Assembly (NCBI GenBank): GCA_963514005.1
Contig: OY740814.1
Location: 18,228,001 to 18,292,000 of the forward strand
Direction of reading: 5' to 3'
DNA: 64,000 nucleotides
Source: Raja brachyura
Taxonomy: Eukaryota
Under the pieces are notes generated by a model. The model was not told the origin of the DNA. It searched no databases and saw only the letters and a program-made list of their open reading frames with translations. Below, piece after piece: positions 36,831-50,607 of the stretch (positions within the stretch are counted from its first letter, which is position 1; each line of letters starts with the position of its first letter). The position numbers and the translations under genes were made by a program.

Positions 36831-37574
36831 TATTTGTTCTGTGTTATCAGAAATATAATCCATTTTATAACTGATTTTTCTGCTGAGGACATTCAGGTGA
36901 ACACTGTGCATTCATACTCTTGTACATAACTATGTTTTTAGGGGTCCTGCTTCATATTTAGCCATCTGTTTTCCAGCAGCTTTCTCCCCTTACCGTCCTG
37001 AAAATAATAGTTCATTCTTGGGTATCCATTTAAAGATCAATCTGGCCACTGATGCTGGCAGTCAAACCAAAAAATCATAGCTGAGTTTGAAGCTATGCTG
37101 ACCATAGTTTGTGTCTGGACAGAGATCAGTCACGTAAACCAGACTGATATGTTTTTCACTCACTTCTTTCATATCCAAATAAATCCAAAACACATGAGAG
37201 TTGCATCTATCATTGTAGCAATATTGACTTTACCTGATGCAACACTAGTTAGTAATGAAATCTATGATCTTGTACTAGCAAAATAAGACAGTGGAATCTG
37301 TCCCTCTCTGGACTTAGTGTCAGATTCCTTCTAAGAAATAATTTGGACCAAGTTTCAAGCTTTAACACTTTAGTAAAGAAACATTACGTGTCTTCCTTGT
37401 TGATGTGAAGATTAACTTTATTGTTTCATGCTATTAGACCTTAATTTCACTGATCTGCATGCAAGGATGGTTTTTTTTAAAAGAAGGATAATTATGCTCT
37501 CCAACTTTGGGCAAATGAATTATATTGTTCTTGGATAAGTAAAAGGTCAATTTTATTTAAGTTGCACACTCCTA

Positions 37575-38570
37575 GAGACACAGCATGGGAAGGCCCTTCA
37601 GTCCATGCTGTTTGAGGTGTCTTTCCAAGCCAGCCCTATGTTTGACCCGTATCCCCAATGTCTTTACAAACCATGTACCCATTCAAATGTCTTAAACATT
37701 GTAACTATACCCGTCTCTACTGCCTTCTCAGGTATCTCAATGCATGTACCCACCACCCTTCACGTGAAAAACTCATCTGTCAGGCCCCTTTTTCTTCTCT
37801 TATCTTAAATCCATGTCCTCCAGTTCTAAACTCCCCTACCCTGGGGAAAGCACAGTGACCATCCACTTCGTCAAAGCCCATCATGATTCAATAAACTTCT
37901 ATAAGGGTATCCCTCAGCCTCCTATACTCTAGAGAAAAACACATCCCACCTATCCAGACTCTCTTCATAACTCAGTCCTCCAGTCCTAATGACATCCTTG
38001 TGAATCTTTTTTGCACCGTTTCCAGCTAATGACATCCTTCCTACAGATGGGCGACTGGAACTGTGCACAATACTCCAGATTTGATCTCACCAACAAATTA
38101 TACAGTTGCAACATGATGTCCCAATTCCTGTACTCAATGCCACGACCACTGAAGGCAAGTATGCTAGATGCCGTCTTCATCAACCTATCTACCTGTGTTT
38201 CCAGTTTCAGGGAACAATGCATCTGTAATCCTAGGTCTCTCTGTTCGATAACATTCCAGGGCTCTGCCATTTACGATGTAAGTCCTGCTCTGATTTAACA
38301 TACCAAAAGCAATACCTCGTACGTGTCCGAGTTGTATTCAATCTCCATTCCTTGGCCCATTTCCCCAGTTCATCGAGATCCTGTTGTAAACCTTCTTCAC
38401 CAATAACTGCACCACAAAATCTGGTGTCATCGCAAACGTACTAACCATGCCGAGCACATCTTCTTCCAAATCGTTACCAGAGATCAGCACCATTCCCTAT
38501 TGTGCAGAAGCTTCCAATCTGAATAACAACCATACTCTACCACCCTCTGATCCCTTCCACCAAGCCACAT
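37575..38570 (-). mobile_element. CR1 LINE 3' part
   Basis: ORF 37986-38270: EQRDLGL..H.SLK...LYNLLVRSNLEYCAQFQSP. A reverse-complement FADDT-like sequence lies near 38425. Confidence 0.88.
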
Positions 38571-38689
38571 GACCTGAATTGGACTTTTAAATCACATACA
38601 CTCTCTTCAAAATTGCACAAAAATGATATTAAAAAACAATAATTCCATCAACATTTTTATTTGGTTCCTCAAAGTTGAAGACGACATAC

Positions 38690-39015
38690 AAAACTGAGAT
38701 AGTTCATCAATGCAAATGGTACTGCCATGTAGATGAGATATAAAACTGGACTCTGCCTGCCCTTCCACTTAAATCCCTTTATTTCATTTATGAACCAACA
38801 GGAGAGTTCTCTCAATTCCTGATCAATATTTATCCCCTCAGCCAATGTTGCAGAGAAATTGACTGCCTGACCACTTATCTAGACAGTTGCAAGATCTTGC
38901 TGTGATTAAATAAAAAGCTGATAGTTCATTGCATTACAACGGATTATATTTCAAAACTATCTAATGTGTTGCACTTTGGGAGTATCCTGAAGTTTTGAAA
39001 GATGTTTTTTAAAAG
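38690..39015 (+). mobile_element. Ancient Deu-SINE-like relic
   Basis: ggagagttctc...caatatttatcccctcagccaa...gatcttgctgtg...cattacaac...gcactttgggagtatcctga follows the SacSINE1/AmnSINE1 Deu domain and tail as recalled. Confidence 0.6.
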
Positions 39016-40384
39016 TTGCAAACTGAAGTTCGATTAATTTCTCTAATTTTAGCAGCATTTTTCAAAACTAAGTTGCCTCCAAATTCTTCATTCTATACTG
39101 CAGAAGAACCACTTAGCATATAATTGTCAAGGCCTACACACAAATCGAATCATTGCCTTCAAATCATTCTGGAATGCAAATTGCATGCCACCAAATACAT
39201 TTTGCATTCCCTTATATTTGCACAAGTCTGGCGTAATTTGCATATATTACAATAAAATTGTTATAAGAATACCTAGCTTGAACCTAAGCTGATTCTGTTT
39301 TTTTGGCTCATTTTAGTTTTTTGGCCCATATTTTTTTTAGTATTAAGCATAATTTCCTGTTTCTAAACTTGAAGAAGATGATTTGAGATAGAAAACCTAT
39401 CAAATTGTCAAAACCATGGTGATAACCCTTTCAAATGAGTTTAGGGTAGACAACCCAATGTTCTATTTCCCAGTGTAATCTGAGCTATACAGTTCAAGAT
39501 TTCCCTGGTTTGACATCTGGTCTGTGTTCAAGTTAACTGATCCCAATTGAACAACACTTTGCCTCAATTATTTGTCGAGTAGACTGGATAAATCAGGCAT
39601 TGACTCTGCTTCTAATTGCAACCATTAACCTTCGGGGAGAAGTATACCTAGGATATCAAGTGAGATCCGGATTAGTTATGTTTCCTCTCCTAGACAGATT
39701 CAGCCAACACAATTCCGACATAAACATTAAAAAGTTGTGATTCTCGCAGGCTGTTAATGTCTTTAAAACTGTTGCACTACAAGCGACAATAAATACGGAA
39801 AGAGGGGAAAAAAACAGATACCAAAAAAAGATCTTTACTTGATTAAAGTCCACTTAAGCTGTAACAGTTGAAAATTACAATCTGCATGCCATCATTTTTG
39901 TGAGAGAGGTTACAAAATAGCTAATCCCTGCTCTTAAATCTAGCGTTTAAGCTTGAGATTGTAACCTTTTAAGACTTGGTGATCATTTGGGGATGAATTT
40001 GTTAAGAAGGAATGTGGCAACACTTCATTTTTCAAGTATGGTGTCATTTTTATTATAGACTTTCTCTTCCATATGTTTTTAATCTTATCCAGGAACACTT
40101 TAGTGTTATTAAAAACATATTGTGCCAAATTACATCTTGCACTTTCAAAATTATACTTCCAAAAGAGGTGTTTTTTCTCTGTTTGTTGTTACGGTTTGAT
40201 TTTGCTTTGGGTGGGTTAGGCCGTCACGAAAGGAGGATAAAAACCTTACTTTACCTTTGGGGTGGGACTGTGGGTTTTTATATGTCTTTTATATTTGAAA
40301 TAAATCATTGAATCCGAGAAATTTAGAGCAGTGTATGAACATTTAACCCATCGTACCCACAGCAACTGAGAAAGGCTTTGGCAT

Positions 40385-40770
40385 TGCATTGGTTTATTAT
40401 TGTCATGTATACCAAGGTGCAGTGAAAAGCCTTTGCTTGTGTCCTAACCAGCTAAATCAGATAAGTACAACCCAAGCCATTACAGATAGTGTAAAGAGAA
40501 AGATACCACAGTGCAGAATATTGTCTCACTTCATTGCAGTGTTGCCGTTACAGAGGAAAAATGTTGCCTCCACAATAAAAGTAGGTTGGAAGATCGGAGC
40601 TACCCCCTAACTGGTCAGTACTGTGAGAGCAGAGAGGAAGAAACTGTTTCTGAGTCTGGTGGTTTGTGCTTTCGAACTTTTATACCTTCTACCCAACGAG
40701 AGAGGGGAAAAGAAGGAAAGACCATAGAGAACAGTGCCCTTGATTAAGATGGTTTCTTTCTTGAGGCAGC
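40385..40770 (-). mobile_element. Rex-Babar-like LINE 3' end
   Basis: ggtttattattgtcatgtataccaaggtgcagtgaaaagc tail, plus gaagaaactgtttctgagtctggtgg. Confidence 0.7.
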
Positions 40771-40789
40771 AGTGTAGATTACCTTAGAT

Positions 40790-40860
40790 TTATTTTAGAC
40801 TTTAGAGATACAGCGCGGAAACAGGCCCTTCGGCCCACGAAGTCCGCTCTGACCAGTGAC
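40790..40860 (-). mobile_element. V-SINE/CR1 3' tail fragment
   Basis: tttagagatacagcgcggaaacaggcccttcggcccac. Confidence 0.7.
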
Positions 40861-41852
40861 CTGTTTGTGTACAAAGGATGTAGCTTTTGAAGTTGTAAGT
40901 GTCGATGGAGATGTGCCAAGTTTCCTTAGTCTCTTGAGAAAGTAGAGACGTTAGTGTTATGATCTTTATTTTTTCTCCTTTGAATCCATTTGCCAACCCT
41001 GTTTTAGCTTTTACCCTGTCTTTTCTCCAAATCAGACCACTTAGTAATTCTTTTCCTCCAAATTAAGAACTTTTATTGCTGGGATGTCTTTTCCTTTACA
41101 TAATTGTAACTGAATTATGATGGCTACCACCAAAGATTCTGCCCAATGTGATTTTAGCAACATCAAGTACTTTTCCAAGTAGTTTTCAAAGGGGATAAAG
41201 GTTTATGCATCCACCTATGTGTTTTGTTTCAAGCAGCAGTTTCAACCCACTTTTGCTGATTCCTATTCCACCCTTGTAAATTTGGCCCTACCTCAAATAG
41301 GACATTTTACTCCTGGTTTACCCTGGTTTCTTTTTTAATACCTGCCCTAGACCTATCTGAATTGTGATTAATATCACCAAAATGCTGTCCCACCAATAGC
41401 TTTCCACCTGCTCAGCATCAATCAAATACAATATCCAAAATCATCTCCCGGCTTGCAGGATTTGCTAAATGTTGGCGAAGGAACGTATTCAATGCCCTCT
41501 GTATTTTTAAAGGATTATGCCTCATGGTTAATATTAAGGTGGCTTAAATCCCCTAATACTAATGCCCTATTAATTCCCACATATTAGAAAACTGCAGCAT
41601 ATTTATTCTTCTATCCCCTCAGTCTGCAAATGTTTTGATGTCTACTGATGTCCCATCAGTGTAATTGCTCATCTTTGTTCTTCAGTTCAACTGCGTGGCT
41701 TCAATCAGAGATGAAAGCGCAGTCGTATTTCTAATATTGCCAATATAATCCATTTATACTGATTGCATCAGCTATTTTCTTACCTGTAAACTGAACCAGC
41801 TTACTATTTACCTCTTTCTTCATCCTACAACTGTACTGTTTTTTGTTCTGTT

Positions 41853-41946
41853 GTCCGAAGAAGGGTCTGGACCCGAAACATCACCCATTCCTTCTCTCCA
41901 GAGATGCTGCCTGTCGTACTGAGTTACTTGGGCTTTTTGTGTCTAC
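41853..41946 (+). mobile_element. Penelope terminal module (core changed CTGA to CCGA)
   Basis: gtccgaagaagggtctggacccgaaacatcacccattccttctctccagagatgctgcc. Confidence 0.85.
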
Positions 41947-42339
41947 TGTTTTTTTTTAAACAACTATTGTGATCAGTATTTTTCATAATCCCTTTTCTCA
42001 TTTGAAAATCTTGTAAGCATGAATATTCTTCCACAATTCCACACTTTAAGCCATGTTTCCGAAATACTGGTAAACCATGATTCCTTGTGTTTACTGTGCT
42101 CTCAGTTGATTCACTAAATCCGCCTCATTCACTAAATTCAAAATGCAAAGTGCTAGAGTAACTCAGTGGGTCAGGCAGCATGTGTAGGAGTGTAGGAGTG
42201 GATTGGCCCTGTTTCTGGTCTTCATATTGAGGAGGCTGCAGTTATTTTCCTTACCCTGTTGCCCAAGCTCTAAAACATATATTTTCCTCCAATGAAGCCT
42301 TTTCTCAATTTACCTTTCACTTTTTATTTGACACCTTCA

Positions 42340-43400
42340 CTTTCTCTCTGTGTTTCTACACTAAGTATTTGACAGAGCAGCAGTCATTCGATGAAAGCCT
42401 TTTAGCACCTTCCTTGTCACTGTCCGCTAGTGCTGATTGTGCCTAGCTGCTCATGGACTAAAACAATGTTTGGCTTCAATAATTCTAAGAGGCCATCCCC
42501 TCAAATGAAAACCTGTTGAGAATTAGAAAGCGCTTTAGATGTGAATTGAGTGTTAAGTATTAGTGAGATGGAGATTATGGCCTCAGGGATGCTCAGAGAT
42601 AAACAACCGCAATTAGGGAGGAAGCTGATCGAGTAAACAAATTCATACCAAAACAGATGCTTTAATCATTTTCAGAATTGATTCGTAGGAACCAAAAAAA
42701 TCGATTTTTGTCTTGTTTAGCTGGTCAAACCCCTGTGACAACTGAGAGATTAAATATTTCATTGAGACTCCTTTGGTTATTTTCCTGCCCGACACAGTAG
42801 GTTAACTGTCTTAAAGCAGTCGCAAGGCCGGTGTTTGTTCAGTATTCATATGGAGGAACTAATTGTCCATGTAGCACTCTTGTGTTCAAATGAGTTTGAC
42901 AAGAATTTCAATTCATTTCAATCAACTTAGACCCAGGCAGATTGCGCTGGTCGCTAATATTAATTTTTCCCTTGCAACATGGACTTCATAAATGTGCTAA
43001 TGTGCTCACTCGCCAACCAAGCCATTCAGGCTCTTCTGTACAAATTCTAAGCATATAATCAATAATAAAAAAAGATTAGACGAACTGTGAAATCTGTATT
43101 TCATTCAAATACATGTCTGTGTCAATGAATGCGACGGAAAATAATTTCTCTTACTATTGAACAGGGGATTAATTAACAAGGTACTTAATTGGTGATGTAG
43201 TTGAACCAGTAAACTTGTTTAACACCTTTTTAACGGTTTAAGTTGCCTGTGTGCTTTATTGAAGCCAGAGAAAGTGTCAGGCTAATGGCTTTTATATTGG
43301 TACTGTTTTTTTTCCTGACCCACATCAGCTTCAAGATGAAATAATTAACATGCAAATGTAGGTGGGCATCTCTTTAACAATGACCTATTGTTAAAATGTC
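42340..43400. promoter_or_regulatory. Candidate conserved non-coding block
   Basis: TE-free with many retained CpGs and TAAT/TAATT motifs (ctaattgtcc, gctaatattaatt, gattaattaac). Inferred. Confidence 0.35.
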
Positions 43401-45120
43401 AATGCAGTTCTGAGGATGTACATTTGTTTTCAGCAGAATAACCCTAAATCTGTCTTTTATATATTCTACTGCAATATCCGTGTTACTTCCCCTAATGAGG
43501 TCTTGCCCAAAAGTACTCTGTAATTGCTTTGGACTCTTTTTAATTTTCAAACTTATAATCATAAGTAGAGTTATTTAAAATTGCTTATATTAATTTTAGT
43601 GAAAAACTATTACTGGCTGAGACCAATTAAGAATTGCTATAATATCCCCAGTCAAGTAATTTTATTGTTATACTTGCGGAGAGTATCATGACGCTGATGT
43701 ACTTCAACGCTTGTTGTATGCTGTGGGGTATATTAAATGAAATGAGAACATTGATTTAAATATTAAATTAAATGAGATAATGATCTAAAACTAAGTCTAA
43801 TGGTATTATTTGTCACGTTTATTTAAGCCTTTATTTGTACACATCTGTTGGGATAGTCTAGAAATTATCCTTGCTATCTTCATAAAAATTCATACCCTAC
43901 TACAAAGGTGATTTTTTTAATAGACTTCATAAATATAACAATACCTTTTCAGTAAGCAAACTACATTCCCTTTCTCTTCTCCCAGATAACTAGTTTTAAG
44001 GCAAGGTCTCATGGGAGCACAGTTTTCAAGATGGAATTTGCACAGTAAATGAACAGCAATCTTAGGATTCATTCTTGCAGTTAGAGCACCTATATCTCAC
44101 ACGACTGCCACCATGCAATGGCCACAGTGTGAATACAGCCAGGAAGCATCAGACCCCAATCACCTTATACATCTGTGCACTTGAGTAGAATTGTGGTACA
44201 ACAAATCTTCATGCCTCAAGGCAATGTTATTGAAAGGAGAGTAGAAATACATGATCGTAAACTGTGCTGGTGTCACACCAGTACTAACAGTGTGAATATG
44301 CTATTAAATTCTCAGCACCTAAATTAAGTCTTCCATTTAAACATGTTAATGAAATATGATTAAAAGAAAAAAAATCTAACGTGTATGATCAGGTTTTGCC
44401 TTTACCAGTAATTGCTTTGGCATAAATATTAGTTTGGGGAGAAGACCTTGATATATGCTCCGTCTTTCATTTTTGGTGGTAATTATCACCGTCTTAGGCT
44501 GCCTTACCAGATGAAGGAAATGACACAAATAAACTTTGTTTTCATCCTACTCCCAATTTAATGGTATAATTTTGAAATAAAGTAAATAAACTAACATTAA
44601 TTCTGAAGATGAATTGCTTGCAGTTGTATCTGGATTAAATCCACAGGGAGAATTATTGAAATTAATTTTCAGAATAAGCATACCTAATATTGTGGTCACT
44701 GGACTTTTTATGGAATATTACAAGGTCTCCCTTGATATTGTCTGCCGCAAAATTGTTTCTGTTTATCCACTGAGCTGGAACTATATTCAACCAGGCTTGG
44801 CCCTTGAAGACCATTGTAGGAAAGTAAAACTAGGCAGATCTAAATAATTATATTAACTCCAATTAGAGAGCAATGTAAAATTCCAGATAAAATCAGAAGA
44901 ATTCAACATAATGTTTGTGAATTTTATTTTCTTTCTGAAGTCATTTTACAATTGTTTCCTTCTTCCATAGTTTGCATACAAGTGTTGTTAGACAAATCAC
45001 GTATTGTGTTGCAATGATGCAAATAATGCACACTCTCAAAGCACTTTTGCTAGTTAACAGAATAGGTAGCTCGACTAATATCATCAGTATTTCATCCTAG
45101 ATTAATTCAGCTCAAAATAC

Positions 45121-45237
45121 ACGAAGATAGACACAAAATGCTGGAGTAACTCAGCGGGACAGGCAGCATCTGTGGAGCGAAGGAGTGAGTGACGTTTCGG
45201 ATGAGACGTCTGAAGAAGGGTCTCGACCCGAAACGTT
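45121..45237. mobile_element. Minus-strand Penelope module fused to a plus-strand hammerhead motif (45210-45237)
   Basis: gaagatagacacaaaatgctggagtaactcagcggg...gacgtttcgg, then ctgaagaagggtctcgacccgaaacgtt. Confidence 0.85.
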
Positions 45238-45249
45238 CATTTATAACTC

Positions 45250-45386
45250 ATGGGCAGGTGCATGGATAGGAAAGATTTAGAGGCATATGGGCCAATCTCG
45301 GGCCAGTGGGACTAGTGTAGATGGGGATCTTGGTCAGAATGGGCAAGTTGGGCCGAAAGGCCTGTTTCCATTCTGCATGACTCTGT
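45250..45386 (+). mobile_element. CR1 3' UTR tail
   Basis: catggataggaaagatttagaggcatatgggcc...gggccgaagggcctgtttccattctgcatgactctgta. Confidence 0.8.
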
Positions 45387-45967
45387 ACCACAAGTACCCA
45401 ACAGGTTTTTCTGTTGTTGGGCATTCCATTTTTCAAGTAAACTAAAGTGCAGCAACTTCATGTGCCAACATTAACTTTCATGGATACCTTTGTGACATTG
45501 TCACAGCATAGCTACTACCTCAGAGATAAATTACTGGAGATGGCCATATTTTTCAAAATTACAATATCATAGACATCTCTTTTCTGAATTCATTGGAGAA
45601 ATACGTTAGGCAGACAGTTCATATCTTTACACCCTCCATTTCTATCAAAGATTTCTGTAAAAAAAAACATTGAGACATAGTTTATAAATAAAGGAACAGC
45701 CTAAAAGATTTCAACTGCGCATTGCAATATAATTACTAATACAATTTCATATTACTTTTTTTCCTTTCTCTATCTTGGGTACATGTTTGATCAAGATCTG
45801 TCACATTATCCAGTGAAGAGCCTGCCTATCTGTTTCCAGTATTCTCCTGAATAAGGTGAATATGCTCTGGCCATTTGTAACTTGCACATGCTTAGTGGGT
45901 GAGGACGAGACTGGCTGTGATGCTGCTCGTGAAGGAACACCACAAAACACACTAATATTCGAGAAGG

Positions 45968-46100
45968 AGTCTGAAGAAGGGCCCTGACCCAAAACATCAC
46001 CTATCTATGTTCTTCAGAGATGCTGCCTGACCTGCTGAATTACTCCAGCACTTTGTCCTCTTGCGTATTAACCAGCATCTGCAGTTCTTTGTTCCTACAT
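45968..46100 (+). mobile_element. Penelope terminal module (degenerate hammerhead)
   Basis: agtctgaagaagggccctgacccaaaacatc...accagcatctgcagttcttt. Confidence 0.85.
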
Positions 46101-46279
46101 TCCCAAATATATCAATGTGTACTATCTGTTGGAGAGGCAGACCCACACTGACTACATAACCAATAAACAATGTTCAGTGGAGGGGTGTTGGAAAATAAGT
46201 CTGCTGTGGGTAAAAAGGAGGGGGTGGGGGGGGAGGTTGGTGGTTGATGTCATTGATCAATAAAGTGGTGGTATGGACA

Positions 46280-46460
46280 ATTTGGTGGACATTGGACTTT
46301 GTCTGTGATACTGATGCACTACAATGCTGAGAACTATGTTCTGCACTCTGAATCTCCCCCTTTGCTCTACCTGCGCTTGAGTTTGATTTGATTGTATTTT
46401 ATAAATGGGATATCTGATTTGTTTGGATAGCATGTAAAACAAAGTTTATCACTGCACTTC
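46280..46460 (+). mobile_element. Rex-Babar-like LINE 3' tail
   Basis: Reverse complement of the tail at 33240-33400 (ggacattggactttgtc...ctacaatgctgagaactat). Confidence 0.7.
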
Positions 46461-46894
46461 ATTGTTAAAATGAAGGGGGCTGAGGGTTTGGCGCAGACTT
46501 GCGGAGTATGGTCCCTTGGGAAGACCGGGGGGGGGGGAGCTACATAATTTGGAGATGGGGGAGTTTTTCATGCAGCACTGAGCTCACTAGGTTTACATAC
46601 CCAAATGAGACCATTTGCTGTGCTGGGCCAACATAGTCTAATATCCGTGCAAAGTTCCAGAGGGAGCGCTGATTAAGGAATGACATCTATCTGGCTTGTG
46701 AGAATTGCCTCGATGAATTTCCAGGGTCATTCAGAATAGCCTAAATAAAGACAATAATCTTTTTCACATACATTTCAATCATATTGCATTGAAATCAACA
46801 ATTCAAAGCAATCAAATTTTGAGCCAGAGGTATCGAGCCATGCAGCCCTTCCAGCATTGATTCCCACTCGGTGCTAAGTGGGGAGTGCTCCAGG

Positions 46895-47025
46895 AGTCTG
46901 AAGAAGGGTCCCGACAGGAAACGTCACCTATCCATGTTCTCCACAGATGCTGCTTGACCTGCTGAGTGACTCCAGCACTTTGTGTCTTTTTTTGTAAACC
47001 AGCTTCTACAATTCCTTTTTTCTAC
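46895..47025 (+). mobile_element. Penelope terminal module sharing its 3' flank with the copy at 34959
   Basis: agtctgaagaagggtcccgacaggaaacgtc...ttcctttttctac, followed by 53 nt matching 35088-35140. Confidence 0.85.
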
Positions 47026-48454
47026 CAAGCACTATAATTATCCTTAGTCATTAGCTGAGGAGGGAAAGAATCATGCAGATGGACTTAGTCAAAAGAGTTA
47101 CCTGTGCAGTCCCAAAGCTGTTTCATGCAATCAGGCAGGACTACATTTTTATTTGAGAATGGCCACTTGAATTACACTGAACATGCGTCAATACTTTCAA
47201 TGCAGCAAAACCATGATCAAAAGAAAATAATTTTTACTATGAAGGGAAAGAATTTGAGGAATTTATAGAGGATGAGAAAACGGAGGTCACCATCAAATTT
47301 ATGAGAAACATTGGCTGGCTCAGAGCATAGAATGTAATGGCAATCGATGCTTGCCTTCTCTTCCCTATTTGTGGAGTGTAACCTTGTCCTGACCCAGATA
47401 TTTCAATGTATGTCACTTTATTTGTATGCTTTCTGGAGTACAAATCCATGCAGAGAAATTGAAGTGGTTGAGGGACATGGCTTTAAAATATAGCTCATTC
47501 AGTTCAGGGCCATTCCTACCAGATCTGAGTTATATACAGTATGTGTGTACACTGTAGTTTATGGCAATATTTTCATTTCACAATTGTTCAAATGAGAAAA
47601 TAGTCAAAATCAGTGTAAAACAGGTATAAATATCTCAGCATTATTTTCAGAAGATCTATTATATGTTTGTCCCCGGCCACCCAGCTTTTTAAATATCTGA
47701 ATGGCCCGGATTGGGTGCTGTTAGCCTTGAAGTTTAACCTCTATTAGAAAACACTGTGGGCTGCCAGTAGCTGAAGATTACCCTTTCTCAACAAAATGAG
47801 AACTGACAAGTTGATTTTAAGAGGCTGGTTTGTCACTGTTTACCTAATTTTCAAAGTTGACACAGAAAATTAGTCTGGCTGGCACTCACTCCGTGGCCTG
47901 CTTTCCAGTCCATTGACTCTGCCTCTTCCTGATGACCTCTTCTCATTCAGCGAGTGCATGTCCACGGAGCATCAGAACATTTTGTTTTACCAAATTCACC
48001 TGATTTTCGCATGTTTTCCTGATGCTCAAATAGATTCACATTCATGTTATGTTGTTCATTGTTTTGGATGTATCTACTATGGTGTTTGGTGTCAAATACC
48101 ATAAATTAGAAAATGCTGAGCCTGAAATATTTAATATCACATCACTGTATGAATGACATTGTATGAAATTCTACCAGCTGTTGCATGCTTATCAGCATTT
48201 ATGGAAGGTTTAAATGACACAGGGGCATGTAAATTTCAATGACCCCCCTCGAGTCCCTGTGTGCCTTGTTTAAAAACAGTTTGTAGTTCAGTATGTTGTG
48301 AGGGATAGAAGATTTGGACGCAGAAGTGAGTATCTGGAAATGGAGTTGCACAAAAAAGAGAGACTCAGGGAAGTGAGAGAGAGCAAATTGGTGGTCGTAC
48401 ATTCAGTCACAGCTAGTTCAGCTTGTTCAGGATTACATATAAACATATATGCTG

Positions 48455-48830
48455 AACATATAAAATTATAAAAGGACTGGACAAGCTAGATGCAGGAAAA
48501 ATGTTCCCAATGTTGAGAGGTCCAGAACCAGGGGCTACTGTCTTAGAATAACGGGGAGGTCATTTAAGACTGAGGTGAGAAAAAAACGTTTCAACCCAGA
48601 GAGTTGTGAATTTATAGAATTCCCTGCCACAGAGGGCAGTGGAGGCCAAGTCCCTGAATGGATTTAAGAGAGAGTTAGATAGAGCTCTAGGGGCTAGTGG
48701 AGTCAAGGGATATGGGGAGAAGGCAGGCATGGGTTATTGATAGGGGACGATCAGCCATGATCACAATGAATGGCGGTGCTGGCTCGAAGGGCCAAATGGC
48801 CTCCCCTGCACCTATTTTCTATGTTTCTAT
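48455..48830 (+). mobile_element. Relatively young CR1 LINE 3' end
   Basis: aaacgtttcaacccagagagttgtgaatttatagaattccctgccacag...ctcgaagggccaaatggcct...tttctatgtttctatg. Confidence 0.9.
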
Positions 48831-49029
48831 GCTGTTCTAAGTAACAATTACTGTGTTGCTGCATGGGTTAACTTGCCCGTATTGTTTCCCACATAACCTT
48901 TTATGAATATTGTTGTATAATGATCCATATTAAGAGTCAAGTTTACTCACTTGTAAGCATGCTCGCTAAACCAAGATTTGAAGAAAAGGTCAGCTTGTAC
49001 TATTTAGTTGTATTTACTTCATGCTTTTC

Positions 49030-49900
49030 ATTCCTCGGCTGAGGCTCTGCACCGCTGGAGAGAATTAAAGCAATTTAATTTTGCGACTAGTGCCAGGGTT
49101 CTCACGCTATCAAACCTAACTGATTTGCATTTACCCACAGTCTTCAGCTGAGACCTCTTAGAGGTTTCTTCTGCAGACCAACTCCTCCAGGGTTTGAAGA
49201 AACTAGTCAAATTTCTCACAAGCATCAGCGGACATAATTGCTACATTTTTTACCGTGGTTTTATAGAGCGCTATCATGATTGGAAAATCCAAGATAAGAT
49301 TTGTATTCTTGTTTAGTGCAGGTGTTGAAATATTTGCATTCACTCTGTGGGTTATTATGCATAGAAAACGGCTGCTCTTGATATCAGAGTTACTCAGTAC
49401 TGTTACTGTAATTGCAAGAAAAGAACTAATTGTTTTTATCTTGCGGCTGTCTGCATTACCGTATAAATTGAAGGTAAATTAAGGGACAATTACTCTCATT
49501 ATGTACCGTCTGCCCTGCTCTCCCTATTGAGGTGAGATTAAAAACATTCGCTTCCAAAAGCTGACTTAGCTGGGCGACATTTAAAGTTTTAATTTTCCTT
49601 CTCTATGGAGCACTGGCCATTACAGGTTTGTACACTCAGTGGGAAGCAGTTGAGTTGAACTCAACCAGCAAACCTGTCACTGAGTGGCATCATAGGGAGT
49701 AATGGTCACCAACTTTTTAAACTGAATGCCAATCAAGAAATTTCAAAGTCAAGAAACTTAAGTACCACCCGGTGTGCACAGCAGTCCTGGAAGTTTCCTG
49801 GCTCAATTGCCAAGCAGTTTCATTTCCTGTGGAGTCATTCATTGGTAGCCCTCCAGCAGCCCACTTTAAGTATATTTTTGTTTGTCTTCTTTTGTTTCCT
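49030..49900. promoter_or_regulatory. Candidate conserved non-coding block
   Basis: TE-free, CpG-retaining, with homeodomain-like sites (gaattaaagcaatttaatt, cataattg, ctaattg). Inferred. Confidence 0.35.
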
Positions 49901-50607
49901 TATTCTGTGGTAACCTCTTAATTGTTTTCTTCTTTCATTTAATTGGCTTTAGTACTTCTTAATTTGTTAATATTATTCATCCACAAAAAAACTATATTAA
50001 TTGTATTTACAACATTTGTCTCAATCCGTGTTTTGAGTGGATCTTTGAGTATATGAAGAGTGTATTGATGCAGGTTTGAATCCAACACACTGTGCGTGAC
50101 GGCAGTAATTAAACTATCACTGTCTACTTTAGAAACTGCAATTTAAGGAATGTGTTGTTTCAACTCCACCTCACAGTATGTCCTCGTCCAAACAATAATG
50201 GATCATCTCCAAAAAATAGATATGCTAAAAGTGGCACTACCTGGCAGGCTGTGCAATTAATGGTCTCCTTTAACCATTAGTAGTTACTGATTCGAACTCA
50301 GGTAGCAGCAGATTGTATGAGAAAGGTCATCTAGAATACAGTAAATCTGTGCCATCTTATCCAGTATTTGTACCACTTTACGTGCTGGTGATTTAATGAT
50401 TCAATTAAACTGGCACTCAGTGAGATTCTGAATGTGCTGCTCAGTATGAAAGATTATAAATAGTTCACCATACACCATGCATCACTGTGAATTCATTTTG
50501 TTAAAGGTTTACAGATGCTGTTCTGTGTTACCCCAACATGAATCAAAATTTATAAATTGGCATATTTGGTGGAAAAAAATTGAAATCTAAATTCTATCTA
50601 AAATAGC

